Shown here piece after piece: positions 46,849 to 60,312 of a stretch of DNA of 64,000 bases. Each line of letters opens with the position of its first letter. The stretch's first letter is position 1. The stretch lies in the NCBI GenBank assembly GCA_964019425.1, contig OZ025782.1, positions 558,001 through 622,000 on the forward strand. Reading direction: 5' to 3'. The DNA comes from Flectonema sp. DT1601. Taxonomy: Eukaryota. The notes beneath the pieces were generated by a model. It saw only the letters and a program-made list of their open reading frames with translations, made no database searches and was not told where the DNA came from. A program made the translations under genes and the position numbers.

Positions 46849-49090
46849 ATGAGATTTAATGTTCAGCATAATGCTATTGAAAGAGTTCGTCAGAATTTGA
46901 AAGGTGACGGGAGACATCTCCGAACGGCAAGTAGCGCACAGCCAGACAAAGGTCACGAATCAATCATCCTAACACAAAGTGACGGAGAAGAGTACAGAGA
47001 GAGAGCTATGCTAGAATTATTACACTCAGATAGGTTTATGCCACAGTTTGAGAATATCACTGGAGTGTTTGATGGTCCTTGTCAAGAAACACCAATGCTC
47101 GTACCCGTTGAGCTACTACAGGCAGTTGAAAGCCGTGAAGCAGCTGCAAGAGCAAAATTAACAGCGTTCCAACATTTAAATAAATTACAATGTGCTAAGT
47201 ATGATGATTCGGAAAGTAGGGTTAAGTCTCTCTCATCTCAACTACAACTACTGACAAAGGATAAAGAAGTTCATCAGCGGAAGATTAAAACATTAACAGC
47301 GACTGTAGAAGCTGACAAAAGTCTTATTTCTGATCAACAAGAACAACTTAACATATCTGATGAACAGCTTTCATTTATCAAAGAAGAACTTCGAAGATCC
47401 GAAGCTCTAATTGGTCACACAAAACAACGAGTTGAAAGTCTTGAACACGAAATAAAGCAACTCACTGAGCGTTGTCTTACATCTGAGAGTGCTGTCATAG
47501 ACAGGGGTGTGAAGATTAAAAACCTCCAGGAGTCTTTGCAAGGGAAGGAACTTCAGTTGAAGATCTCAGCAAATTCAATTCAACAACAAAATGCTCAAAT
47601 CAAACTTTTAAATTTTGAAATCAAAGAAGCTCACCTTGAGAGTAAATTACGAGCTCCAGCAAACGCCGCCAACGGAAATGCGAACTATCAACTTCTGGTT
47701 AAAGAGTTTCATTCTGAAAAAAGAGAAAATATAAAAATGGAACAACACGACTGTGACGTGTATGTATCTTAATCTCATTACACTCGTTTGATTATAATAT
47801 TAATTAAGTCGTTAATGTTAATATAATTACAGGCAACGTTGCAAGGAAGCTTTCACAGCTGTTCGTTATGATCGAAGTTCAGTTATTCATAGGCAGCTTC
47901 AATCAAATATTACGGTCATTCCGATAACCCGAAAGACGACACCACTTGATGGTGAGATTAGTGTGGTGCATCAATTTGTTCAAAAACATGGAAGTAACGG
48001 GAATTTCTCAAAAAAACAATTACAACCTCTTTTGGAGATGGCAACCGCTAGTTCAACTTGTCTAACGTCTTTAGAGGGAATGATAAAAGATCTCTCACTA
48101 TGTGTTGAACAAGGTATTGGAATCAACAATTATTGTAATCCAACTAATCATTTTAACAAACGTATATCAGATACCCTAACGGGGATAGAAAAAATATTAG
48201 GAATCACATTAAAGCTAACTATGGATACTCTTTCAAGATTACTACCAGTCAAACGGTACTGCAAATCAACAATGACAACACAGTCAACATCAGGAACACC
48301 TGTCGGAATTCAATGTAATGTTATAATGCAATCGACACAAGAAGTCCAGGCAACCATCACAACTAAAACAGTCTCTTTAAACACTGATGATACCCCTTCA
48401 TTATCTTGTGACGCAGTTGATGAGATCGCAAAGTCTCTATCAAAAAGAACACGTGAACTGATGTTATCATCTGGAATACGACAACAAACTATCCCCCACG
48501 GTATTAGACTTGATAGTCGTAAGGTAGGTGTTCCACTTGTTAAAGCTTGTATTAATGCATTGGGTACTGTGAAGGTTAAACTTGATGAAATACTACGAGA
48601 AGGAAAGAGTTATGAAACACAAGCAAACACAATGATGGCTGATAATGTAAGTAAAATAGTCGACAATACTGCTGAAGTTCAAGAGATGAGAAAACAACGT
48701 CCATTTGGTAAACGACTTCAGAAACTAATGCATCAGGTGGAGGGAGATCAAGAACAGTCTTTTTATGAAGGTGACTCAATTACGGAAGGCAGTGTTTCAA
48801 GTGCTGATATTCCGATATTACAAATGACTTCTGCAGATGATTGCGTCTTACCTGAACTACCAACACAAACAGCTATTGTTCAGCAATCATCAGAACTATC
48901 ACCTCATCCTCCAACAACATCAAGTCTACGACGTGTTACTAAAGATGTTATGGTTAGACAAAAGATTGGTTTCCCTTCTGGTAAAACATCAATTGAAGTC
49001 CCATCCACACGACCTGATGACAGCAGATCTACTGCAGTAACAAAACGAAAAGTACTTGGTAGGTTAGGTGTTGGGAAGGCTGTTCGATAA
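46849..49090 (+). CDS. Coiled-coil hypothetical protein (2 exons)
   Basis: Intron 47760-47832 (GTATGT...TACAG, phase 2) joins the 46849 ORF in frame with the 47963 ORF; heptad-rich E/Q/K/L region. Confidence 0.75.
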
Positions 49091-49528
49091 TTGAGGTTTT
49101 CTGAGTTTTTTTTTCCCCCTCTTCTTTTGGTTTTCCCTTTTCAGTGTGACCTCTCTGAAAGGTTTCGTTCTTCCTCTCTATTACCAGAACTTTGTTGTTC
49201 TGGTGTGCTCGTTGCTGCTATTGTTTTTGAGGAAGACTCAAAGCTTCCCCCCTGCTTACGGTATTGTTGCTTGTTAGAATTGTGATAAACTTTCTTTATT
49301 TAAATAAGAAATGTTTGTTACTATTAAACTGATTGTTGTATTTCTATACATCAAAAGCTTATGTTCGTCTTTACGGAGTTTTAATACTTTCGTATCGTTT
49401 CTGTTTGAATTCGTCATTTAGTCGGCGTCGTCAGTTTTATTTACACTTGTCTGTTGGTATTCTTCTTATCAGTTTATTTTGTTATTTTACTATTGTAATT
49501 ATTATATCTTCAGCAACGACAACACGAC

Positions 49529-49822
49529 ATGCAAAGTGTATCAGAGGCGGAGGCTGCCAGTCGAGTCTATGACTGCTTGTCTGTTTCTGATAGGAATGCT
49601 TTATTACAACAGCTTGAAGGTCGTTTAGAGCACACAGATTGGAAACAAAATGTTGATGCGATGGTTCAAAGATTGGTTGATCAAAAACTAAGTGAAGGTC
49701 ATCCACTTGTTATTAGTAATCTTGTTAGTGAGGTTGTAGCACACGCTCAAAGTAGCATCCCAGAAAGTACAAAGAGGGAACTCTGTAAGTCTATTCAGGT
49801 TATTGTAAATCAAGAGAGATGA
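49529..49822 (+). CDS. ENY2: ENY2/Sus1 family transcription and mRNA export factor
   Basis: 97 aa; LEGRLEHTDWKQNV...LVSEVVAHAQSSIPESTKRELCKSI matches the ENY2/Sus1 pattern (L..RL.E.GW...v; Lv.e..p.ar..vP..vK.ell..I). Confidence 0.8.
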   Translation: MQSVSEAEAASRVYDCLSVSDRNALLQQLEGRLEHTDWKQNVDAMVQRLVDQKLSEGHPLVISNLVSEVVAHAQSSIPESTKRELCKSIQVIVNQER

Positions 49823-50185
49823 TGTTTCTCATCCTGCAGAAGGACTCAATTTAATTATTTCTTATTATGGCAATCTGTATTCCGACTTATTTTTAAAAAA
49901 AAAAAAAAAAAAAAAAAATGTCATTATTATTTACCTTTTCTCTGTTCTCAATCAGTTTTTATGTAGTGGCAGCAGATTTTGGAATGTTTTTTGTTTGGTG
50001 AGGCTATATCATAGTTTTTTTTTGTTTTGTTTTGTTTTTTCTTCTTTTTTTAAAAAAAAAAATAATTAAAACTACTTCCCCTCACTTCAGCTGTTCAAAA
50101 GCCTCTCCCCATAACTGGATCCTAACTGGGGGAGTTGTTGCTTGTCAGAACACAGCGAATACATAAAACAAAAAGACTTATAAAA

Positions 50186-51112
50186 ATGAATAGTCGTATC
50201 TCATATATTGCACTGGTGGTATGGACTGCGCAGGCAGTGTCACCACCGAATATGACTGATGACACTCCTTGGGAGAGTCCAGTTAGTGAAGATAAGGATC
50301 AGACCACTCTAAAAATTATTATCGCATCGTCGGTATTTGCAGGTCTACTTATCTGTGCCTTTATGTACTGTTGTTGGAGATATTACCAATTTAGAAGTAT
50401 TGATGATCAAAGTATGGCTCGATTTCAGAGTTCATATAACCTCGAAGAGTTAGGACATGATAGTTGTGATCTAGTTGAGTACGCATCTATTCCTGTGACT
50501 GAAAGTCAACCGGGATCGCCAACTAATAAAAAAGTTAGTGGAAGTCATTCTGTTATCACTCATAATACAGATGAAACATTGCATCCTCCAAAAGTTAGAG
50601 ATTCAGGAAGTAGTGGTGGTGGGACACTGGAAACTTCTTTGCTACGATCATCTTTTCGATCTCCTCCAAACAGCGGATCAACAGGAGGTCGAGCAGGTGG
50701 TTCCGGCAGCTCTGTCGTCTCCGGAGATCGACTTCCTCCTCGTTCTCGGAACGTTACTTTTGTTGGAGATCGCGTCCCAACTCACGATCCAAATCTCTTG
50801 ACCCTTGCTGACAAATCACTCAGTTCATCGCTCACTAGATATGGTTCCCACTTGTCCCTAAAGCCTCCAACTTCACCGGCCACTGATAACGTGCTCAAGA
50901 CATCAATAGCTACTCCCAATAAGTATGATTGAGTTTTGTGTTCTTTAAGAATAGTTATTGTGTTGTATTTGTATCATCTTGGACAAGGGAAAATAATAAA
51001 ACTAACACACCACAGACCGTTGACGACTCTCGTTTCTCAAAATTCCTTCGGCAGCTTTGGCAGCCTTCCAGGGAGGGCTGCTTCTTTAGAGCCGCGGGAT
51101 CCAGGACTTTGA
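50186..51112 (+). CDS. Type I single-pass membrane protein with Ser/Gly/Pro-rich cytoplasmic tail (2 exons)
   Basis: Signal-peptide-like MNSRISYIALVVWTAQA and TM IIIASSVFAGLLICAFMYCCW. Predicted intron 50923-51015 extends the frame to TGA at 51110-51112. Confidence 0.72.
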
Positions 51113-52362
51113 ATGTAAAACACCTTAAGTGAGGTAGTTTACAATTCTTATGAACTCTCTCAAGGAGTTGATTAACTCTTTTGGGGGCTAGTTAGGAACA
51201 GCGATCTGACGCTGGTCTTAAGATAAGCACGTTGCGCACCATGTCCTTCTAAAGGACTTTCATGGTAGCCATTCTCAGGGTCTTCTTTCCCGCTGACAGT
51301 TAACTGTTTCAAGTCTGTTCCCTTGACTGCTATTTCACCAGCTAGTAAGTAGGGACAGAACGAATCTCACTCGGTCCATTCATGAGACGTGGTGAGGATG
51401 AATGTGACTAACGCGTATGAGGTTTGACAAACGAAAAAAAAAAAAAAAAAAAAACGAAACTATTGATCAGTAGTGTGTGTTGTCGAATCTTCCTCAGCAA
51501 GCACTCGCTTGACTCGGCTTCAGAAAAATAAACAAAAAAACAAAAAAAAGATGAGCCTTAAATATATATTCCTCAGCGGGAATATTTCTTTCGGTGTAAT
51601 TCTGAACAACAACTGTTCGCGATATCGTGAACAAAAAAAAAACTTGTAGTTTTGCTCTTTTTTTTTTTCTTCTTCTCTCCATCCTTTCCTATTATGTACC
51701 ATTCTGATTAAAGAACTCTTTTTTTAATTCTATTTTTTTTGTTGTTGTATCGAGTCAGTAGGAGAAGAAAACCATTCAGAGGATCCTTTTCATTTTCATT
51801 CAACGAAATATAAGTCTAATCTGAGAGGGGTGTTGTTATCGTTCAAAACAAAAATCACTACGCCAATATGATACCTTTTTCTTTTTCTTTTTCTTTCTTT
51901 TTTTTTTTTTTTTCAAAAAAAAAAAAAAACTACGCAAGCGTGGAATATTTATTTATTTCCACGCCCTGGTTCTTGGTTGGATTAGGTTTATAGTTTTTTT
52001 ATTTGATTTTTTGATTATTTTTTCTCTCCTCTATTATCGGTTTTTTTTACCCTTTTTGTGTTATCATGTTTATTTTTATATTGTTTTATGTTGATTAGGT
52101 AAGTGCTTTTTTCTTTTTTTTTTCTTTCGTTTGTTATTGTTTGGGGTTTTTAAGTCCTTGCACTTCTGTTGACTTTTTTGGTTAATTTTATTTAATCATG
52201 TTTTTTTTTGTTGTTATGTTTGAAAAAAAAGACTTTTCTTTTTAGTTTTTCTGTTTTTACTTTTTTTCCCCCCGTCTCTCTCTTCCAATTCAAAAATAAA
52301 AGAATAAAAATAAATAAATAAATAAAGTAAAAACAAACCCTTCCTCTGGAGTGATAGCCCTG

Positions 52363-52393
<31 letters not shown>

Positions 52394-55300
52394 CAGATTG
52401 AATTGTCAAGTGGAGAGGTTGGCATTCATAAGTTTATTCTGACCCGAAAATACTTTTCGGATTTTTTCCGATCAGGTAGTGTTGTGTACACAACACTAGG
52501 GTAAACTAGGTTACTTTAATCTTATTTTTAATTTTTAATTTTTTTTTTTTTTTTAAAATCATTTATTTATCATATATTGGAGGCATCACGCAGGTGATGA
52601 TTGTATTCACCTTTTTATTTTATTCTTTACATACGTGTAAAGAGAGTTGACGGTATTTTCATATTATCATAAGCAAGCTGTACCAAATACCAAACATGAA
52701 TTTTAATAAGATGCAGAGCTTTATGTGGTTATTTTGATATCTGTCATTTGTCATATAGACGATTATAATAAATGACCTAAATAGTTCAAAGATGCGTCAT
52801 AGTCTTGTTTGCTGTACAATTAAAAAAAAAAAAAAAGAAAATCTTTTTTGGATGTAACATGTTTTTTTGTAATAATTTTTTCTTCGGATCAGGATGGATG
52901 TAGGATTCCTTATTTTGTAGACGATATCAGCCTAACGAGGTTTTTTTTTTTTTTTTCCCATCTCGGTCAAAAAAAAAAAAAAAAAAAAAACGTGAACTTT
53001 TTGGCCGCTTGTTATTGTCGTGTGTAGTTTGGAGTGTTACTTTATTTTCCCACACACTTTTCAACTCGTAACAGTTTGGGAAATTCTTATGCGTCAAAGG
53101 CTTAGCCAAACCCGCTCCCCACATTACGAAGGCGATTCCCAGCTTTTAATGTGTTATTTATTTTTGTTGTGGATTTCGTTTTTTTTACAACCTTCATCCT
53201 TTTGGTGTTAAAACACGAGTTTTAGTTCCCATTCGCGAGACAATTGTATTTTATCCTCCCTTGTTGCCTTTCTCTTTTAGTTGACTTTTATTTTATTTCT
53301 TTTTATTTCTTTTTTTTTTTTTTTGAAGAGTGACAGTTGTTGACTGATACTTAATCTGTCGTCTTCTGAGAAGAGAGAGGAAGAAAAAAAAAAAAAAAAA
53401 AAAAAAAGAAAATAAAAATGGAATAGAATCTATTGTACGTAACAATTATTATTATTTTTTGTTTTAAAATCTGCGAAATTATATTTCTTAAGTCCCCTTC
53501 CTCAAATCCTCACATAGATTGACTGATATGTTGAAGCGTAATAGAAATAGGACAAGAAAAAAAAAAAGAAGATTTATAAAGAGAATTGGCTTTATCTTAA
53601 ACTATGCAGAAAATAGTAATATAACACTGTGATTTTTTTTTTTTTTTTTTTTTTTGTGCACGAAACCGTGAACCGACTTAAACTGATAAAGCTAAAGGAG
53701 GTTTACGTGTGCTGCCAACATTCTTTTTCGTACTTGTTAAATGCAAAAAAAAAAAAAAAAAATCATATTTTCTAGCTGTGGAGGGATTCAGCCGCTGGAT
53801 GTCACGATGATCTTCTTTGGAATTGATATGTACTAGCGCCAGGGCATTGAAGAAATTTTCTCTTCCCTATGTGTAGATAGTTCCTGTAAGGGAACGTATC
53901 GTGATGTATTGATGATTAAATATTACAAAACATAACGCGGGAGGGGAGTGCTAGTCACTACACTACATCATAAATTACTAATTATTTTATTTTAGTTAAC
54001 TTTGATACAAAAATGCACGCTCAATCAATTTTACCCTTCCATTGTCTTATCAGTTGATGTCTCGTGATTCTTTTTTTTTATCATGTGACTTAGTTCTGTA
54101 CAGCAGAACAGTATTTGGAGATTAAAAACTATGTTTTGACCACTTTTGTTAATAAGTTCTTCCCTTTCTTCTTTAGGGAGGAAACATATGTTTTGATTGT
54201 GTTACGAAAAGCTCTCTTTTATGCGAGAAGGGTATATGCCTTATTTAACATCGATTGATACTTTATTTTACATTTTTGCGCTTATTTTGTTTTAAAAAAA
54301 AAAAAAAAAAAAAAAGGGATGTAGTTTTCCCCTTTCATTCGTATTTTAAAAGTTTTTTTTCTTCTTTTTTTAAAACAACAGTACATTCCCGTCTCCCGTT
54401 TCTCTCTCTCTCTCTCTCCCAAATTATTTTTACTATTTTTGTTATGATGTTTTTACAGCAGATGCCCTACTTCGTTACGATTGCTACAGTAGGGTATTTG
54501 AGGAGGAGTTCCTTCTCATTGGTCGAAATTTTGAACGAAAGTGTGACAAAGAAAAAAAAACAACAACAACACCAACAATCAATGAAGCAGGTTAGATAAA
54601 AATAAAACCTCGTCGTCATCTGACTAAACAGGTTATCTGCTTTTGTTCCTTGCGCTTCAACAGGTTTGTTGGAGAGCCTTCACTTGCTTTAGAATAGTAT
54701 TAAAAGAGAACTCATTATTCAGAAGACCCCCTAGCACACACTTCAGAGTTTATTATTTTTTTGTATTCTGATGAAGAATCAAGCTATTGTTAAGATAAGA
54801 GGAAGAAAAAAGAAAAAAAAAAAAATTGTATTTAAAGAATCGTTTCCGAAGCAAATTCACTGCTGGGAAGTGTGTCTTGCTCGATTGCCTTAAGCAGTCG
54901 TACAGCTGAATGAATCCGTTTTTTTTTTTTTTTAAAGTTTTTTTTTTTTTTAGAAAATTTTTTTTAAATAAATTTCTAAAAAAAAAAAAAAGTATACACG
55001 TCTTATCGACTCTGGTATCCGCTTTTTTTTTGTTCGTTGTTATACCGGTTGTCTTCTTTCGCAGAAAAATCGAAACACGATTTTTTCCTTTTTCTCCTTT
55101 TTTTTTAATTTTTTATTTTTTATGTTGAAAAAATGAAACTAAAATAAAGAAGAAAAACAACAACAACCAAAATAATGGTACCTATGTTGCTTGCGTATGT
55201 TACACCTATAAATAATTGGAGTTTTGGGTGTCTAAATACTCCCTTCTTAATTAGCAAGAACCAATCGAGTGACTTCTGTATGCTTGGTTGATAAAAAACA

Positions 55301-58300
55301 ACAAACAAAAATAATGAAAAAAATAATTTAACATAAATTTATAACTTTTTTTTTTCCTCTTTTTTTTTATTTTTGTACAAGGCGATTAATTTCAGCTTAC
55401 GTAAGTCAACTCCTTCCCCCCAGACACTGATAAATCTAATTTATCAAAAAAAAAAAACTGGAATGAAGTACCGATGAAGGCCTAAGAGGGAGTAGTATAA
55501 GATTAAGGCTCCTGAAACTACGTTTTTCCACAGTGTTTTTTTATTTTATGGAACAGCAGAATATTTTATTATTATTTTTTTTTATATTGGTATGTGATTT
55601 TAGTGCGCCATCTTATAATGGAATAATAAACTCGTATTATAATTCTTTCCCTTTTCATTCACCACCCCCCTTTTATTCTTGTTTCTTGTTGCTACAAAAC
55701 TCTTAGCTACAGAGTGACAGCCTTCAGTAGCCCTTCTCTGTGCACAGTGATAGTATTCGTTGGATTGACCATCATCGTTCCGTCCTGCTGTGTTTGTCTC
55801 TTTAGACTTTCTAAAGGCTTTGAGTATTCATTCTTTTGTTCAGATTTCTTGTTCTCTAAAAATATCATTTTTTTATGTTATCAAAATCATCTGTTTGTTT
55901 GCCTTTTAATCTATTTTTTTTTTTTCTGGTTTTCCCTCTGAATTGATTGATTTTGAGCCAGAATTCTCATCTTCTCTACGATGCTTTTGTGTTTTCCTTT
56001 TTTTTTTTTTTGCTTGTTGTTGGTTGAATATATACCTTAAGGAATATTTATAAATTAAATTACGTCCCTTCTGTTGAAGCAAGTTCAACAATCTGTGCTG
56101 AGTCTTCGGAAACAGCTACGGATTGGGTCCTCTGTTGCTGTGAGTTACCTCCCTAAAGCACTCAGTAGCGTTGGATTAAATAATTAATACTAACTTACCT
56201 GTTTTCTTAAAAAAAATGAGAGGGGCAGTCGCGATGAGTAGGACAGGGCGTAGTGTCCCTCCCATTTCCCTTACTTTGTAAGGGAAATGGTCGGTAGAGA
56301 AAGATATTTTAATTTTAGCCCGAAACCAGCCTTTATTTGTTTGTTGTCTTACGAAAATTTTGATTTGATTTATTTGATTGACTGATAATTATTAATACAC
56401 CCGTTTTCTTAAAAAAGAATTGCGGAGCTCTGCAGACAGTTGCTGACGTTGAATCATATTTTTTATTTTTTTTGTTCCTTTTCAGTGGAACTGTCCGGCC
56501 TGAGACTTTTTTGTTTCGGGGAGAAAGGAACTTTACCCAAACCAAACAACAATGTTATCGTGTGAGACGCTTGGTCTTGTTGATTGTGTTAATATAGAGG
56601 ATGTGAAACCCATCTGTTTTTATTTATTTTTATTTTTTCTCAGTCCGTATCAATAGGCACCTCTTCGAAACGTTAATGTTGGATACTTTCTACTAGTCGT
56701 ACCCAAACAAACAATCTAATTCGCACATTTATTATTTTCCTCAATTTCCGAACATCCTTTTTGACGGCCCAGTTTCACACAACAGATCCGATACAGTACT
56801 TTAAACTGTCTGTTGGGCTCTCTTATAACATTCGTATTACCTAATTTTTGTGGTTCCTCTTTTTACAGCTTTTGGGACAATTAAGGGTGAACGGCCTGGA
56901 CATGTTCCGGGTTTTGTTGTTTTTATTTTTGTTCTTGGTATAGAGGCATTTGACATGTAACAATTTTGATAATGAAAAAAAAAAAAAAACGGGCTTTATA
57001 TATAGAATAGAAAAATATATTTATTACTCCCCACATCGTTTCTCGTATGGGAGTCGAATTTTCCAGCAATAAACAATCTCTGTGTGATTGGGTCCTCTAC
57101 TGGTGCGGGTTACCCGCCGTTATCAGTTTTGGAGTTGCCAACAACTAATGTAGAACTTCCCCCAATAAAAAAAGAAAAAAATTATATCATGTTTCCCCAC
57201 CTGTTGTTTTCTTACTGGCCTTATCTGATGTGTGTTACCAAACTGACTGTCACCCTGGTGGATAATCCCTGGGCAGTCAGCGCACAATGCGTTTGTAGCT
57301 TTCCATTTGAGTATTGCTTCAGTTTGTAACCTTTCATTTTTGCGGTAGACTCGCTGAAAACTACGTATTTCCACAGGTCGTTATATCTTTGGTTTAATAT
57401 ACTATTTTATAATAAACTCATAATTCTATTCCTAACCTATCGTTCATTTAAATATTTAACTTCTTTTCTTTGTGATGACTCACAGTCGCCGAACCTCTTT
57501 TCAGTTTATTTCTGCAGTTCTTTCGGAGTTTGTTTGAATGCCGTGATTGTTTCATGGCATGTGTTGTTTTTTCTCTCTTCCCCTTCCTATTCTTTTTTTG
57601 TTTTTGTTGCCTTTTTCTTCGACGGGAAAGTAAAAAAGAGACCTTTTGTCTTAACCACTTCATCGTGGGAAGATCATGGTCACTGTGGTCTTGTTACCTG
57701 ATTAATCATTGCTGTGTTTTGCAGAGGCTGTGGCAGTTGTTTGCTAGCGGACACTAGTCTTGCTGTGGAACTTCCTAGGCAACCATCTCTGCTGACTATC
57801 AGTGACTAATGGAACGACGAGTTTTATTTTGAAATCTAAAGTGTCTCCAGAACGTCGATTTCTTTTCAACAATCTTTTGTTTTTAAAACCTCCTTCTCGC
57901 AAGTTGATAATTTTATCTTCTTGTGAATCTTTGTTGTCCTCTCTCAGCTGTTATCTTTTGGTTTGTTTACCTTTTCCTGTTTCTGAACTCTTTTGCGGCT
58001 TTGCTAACTTTGTAATACTTTCTGTTTTCCAATTAATACTTCTATTCTAGTACGTCTTGTACCTAACATAGTCTCGAAAGAAGAGATTCTGGGTTTTGGC
58101 GATCTGGAATGGAAGCGTTGTTGTTCTGTGCCTCATTTCCTTTTTTTTTTTCCCCCTTTCTTCTTTCTTACTTCTTCGTATGATGACTGCGTATAGTATA
58201 GTGTTATTATAAAAAAAGGAAGCAAAAAAAAAAAATAAAAATAAAAAATACACTCGCATGCTGGCGTCCGCGGCTGTGAGTTCCTTCAAAGCTTCCTAAA

Positions 58301-59608
58301 TTGACTTTTCCCCACTTTCTTTGATTAACAACTACAAATATTTTTTCAGTCAAGTACTTGATATTAATTTTGTTTTTTAATACCTAAAGTTGTTATTGTT
58401 TTTACATTGTCAAAGTTTCATCTTCCCTGCTTTCTTCCTTGCTGTTAAGAAACAGGAAGACAAAAACAAGAACTATCTTTTGGTGACCTTTCGATAAGTT
58501 TTCTTTGAATAGAAAAGTATCTATTTATGCTGTGTTCCAGCAACATTACTGACAGATGAAATTCCTACAATAGGGCCGATGAGCCTCTAAAAGAAGAAGA
58601 ACGGAATAAACAAAAAAAATAGGTACGTTTTTTTTGTTTATTTTTCTTTTTTTTCTTCCCCCTCCCCAGTTCACTGCTAATTTAGAATAAAATTTTTTTA
58701 GAAAACGTTTATGATCCAGCGATTTTCTTTATCTATTTACAAACCCTTTCTACACTTTGCTCTCACATATGCTACTTGACATGAATTTCTTAATTAGCCC
58801 CCCATGAGCAAGGACTACTCGTTAGTAGTATGCAGCTCTTTGGATTTTCTAGCTTGCCTCCTGCTTTCAAGCAATTCTCAATTTTCGCAAACATTCACAA
58901 GCTCACTCAGAGCTACTGTCCAAAAGGTGTATATCTGAACAAAAGTAATAAATATAAAGAAAATAACTCAATTACATCAAAATACATCGCCATTCTCTTA
59001 TGCGCACCTATACTGCATGCGGGTGATCCTGCGTGTCGTAGAGTTTTTGTTAGGTCAAAAACTGGTGCTTTTCTTCTGATAATTTCACGTTTAATCTTCT
59101 TCTTTCCCCCTTTTTCGTTTCAATCACTTTTCTGTTGTCCCTTTTATTCGGTATGTGTATTTTTTATGGTATGAAGAAATTTTTTTGAAGAAAATAACAG
59201 TGACAGCTGGGCCTCCCAGCCAATCCCCGTGTAGTGCTCTTCAAGTCGGAAGGAGATTGGCATTACTGTTGTTGTTTCCTGTGAGGCACTTGCAGCTTAC
59301 AATTCCCTTTGTGGGGGAAAAAGGAGAAAATTAAAGAAAAGAAATAAATAGAACCCTAGAAATAAAACCGAAAACATGAGTTCATCAATAACCTCTGTTG
59401 GTTGACTTAAATGAACTTTTTTCCTTTTTAAAAAAAAAAAAAAAAAAAACTTTTTGATTGCATTGGGAAACTTCATTTCAAACCATATTCTCCTTAACAG
59501 GTTCATAATTGAATGATTGGTTCAGTCTACTGCCGCAGTGTTGGTTTGTTCATTCGCTAACTAAAATAACAAGACATACCTTTCCGTTTACAGATCTGTT
59601 GTGGTACT

Positions 59609-59941
59609 ATGTGTGCAGCAAAGTCATCCAATGACGAGGTCAGCACATCAACAAAGGCACACTTAGAATGCTCACACAGTAAAGTAAAACTTGATTGCCA
59701 TCGAGGATTCTGTTGGAAAGAAGATATTAGTTGTACTCTCTGTAATAAAATGTTGTGGTCGTATTTTGGATCAACACTCGATAGTGATGATTACATGGGA
59801 CCTGTTACAACTATTCATGATCAACAATGGTATGACGGAGTTCGACAATCATGTAGCCATCCGGACCCTAATAAAGTTGTAGAAGCGCACTGTTGTTGGT
59901 GTGATAGATGTGGATCACTTATAGCAAAACCGACAACGTAA
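59609..59941 (+). CDS. Small Cys/His-rich protein (110 aa)
   Basis: ATG preceded by tttccgtttacag; two CSH...CxxC units. Confidence 0.6.
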   Translation: MCAAKSSNDEVSTSTKAHLECSHSKVKLDCHRGFCWKEDISCTLCNKMLWSYFGSTLDSDDYMGPVTTIHDQQWYDGVRQSCSHPDPNKVVEAHCCWCDRCGSLIAKPTT

Positions 59942-60312
59942 TGTTGTAGTTCGGAAGTCTTCTAACTTTTTGCATAAACACTACTTTTTTTGTGATCAGG
60001 TGCTTTCTTGCACGAATTTTTGTGCAACCCTAGCCTATAACAAGGTACTCGTTACGACAAAGGTTTTACAAGAAGTATAAATCTCTTGCCTCTGGAAGAA
60101 CTATTGACCCGATTAACCGTTTTGCTTTCCCTTCACGCGAGTCATCGACTCACATCTCTCTTTTTATAACAAATGATGCAAATAAACCATTCCACACGCA
60201 GCAATAATTTTTATTCACATAAAAGGAATTTATCAGGTGTTTTAATGATGTTAAAAACTATTTTATTTTTAAAGCCAAATACACAACGACCCACCAAATA
60301 AAAAGACACAAA

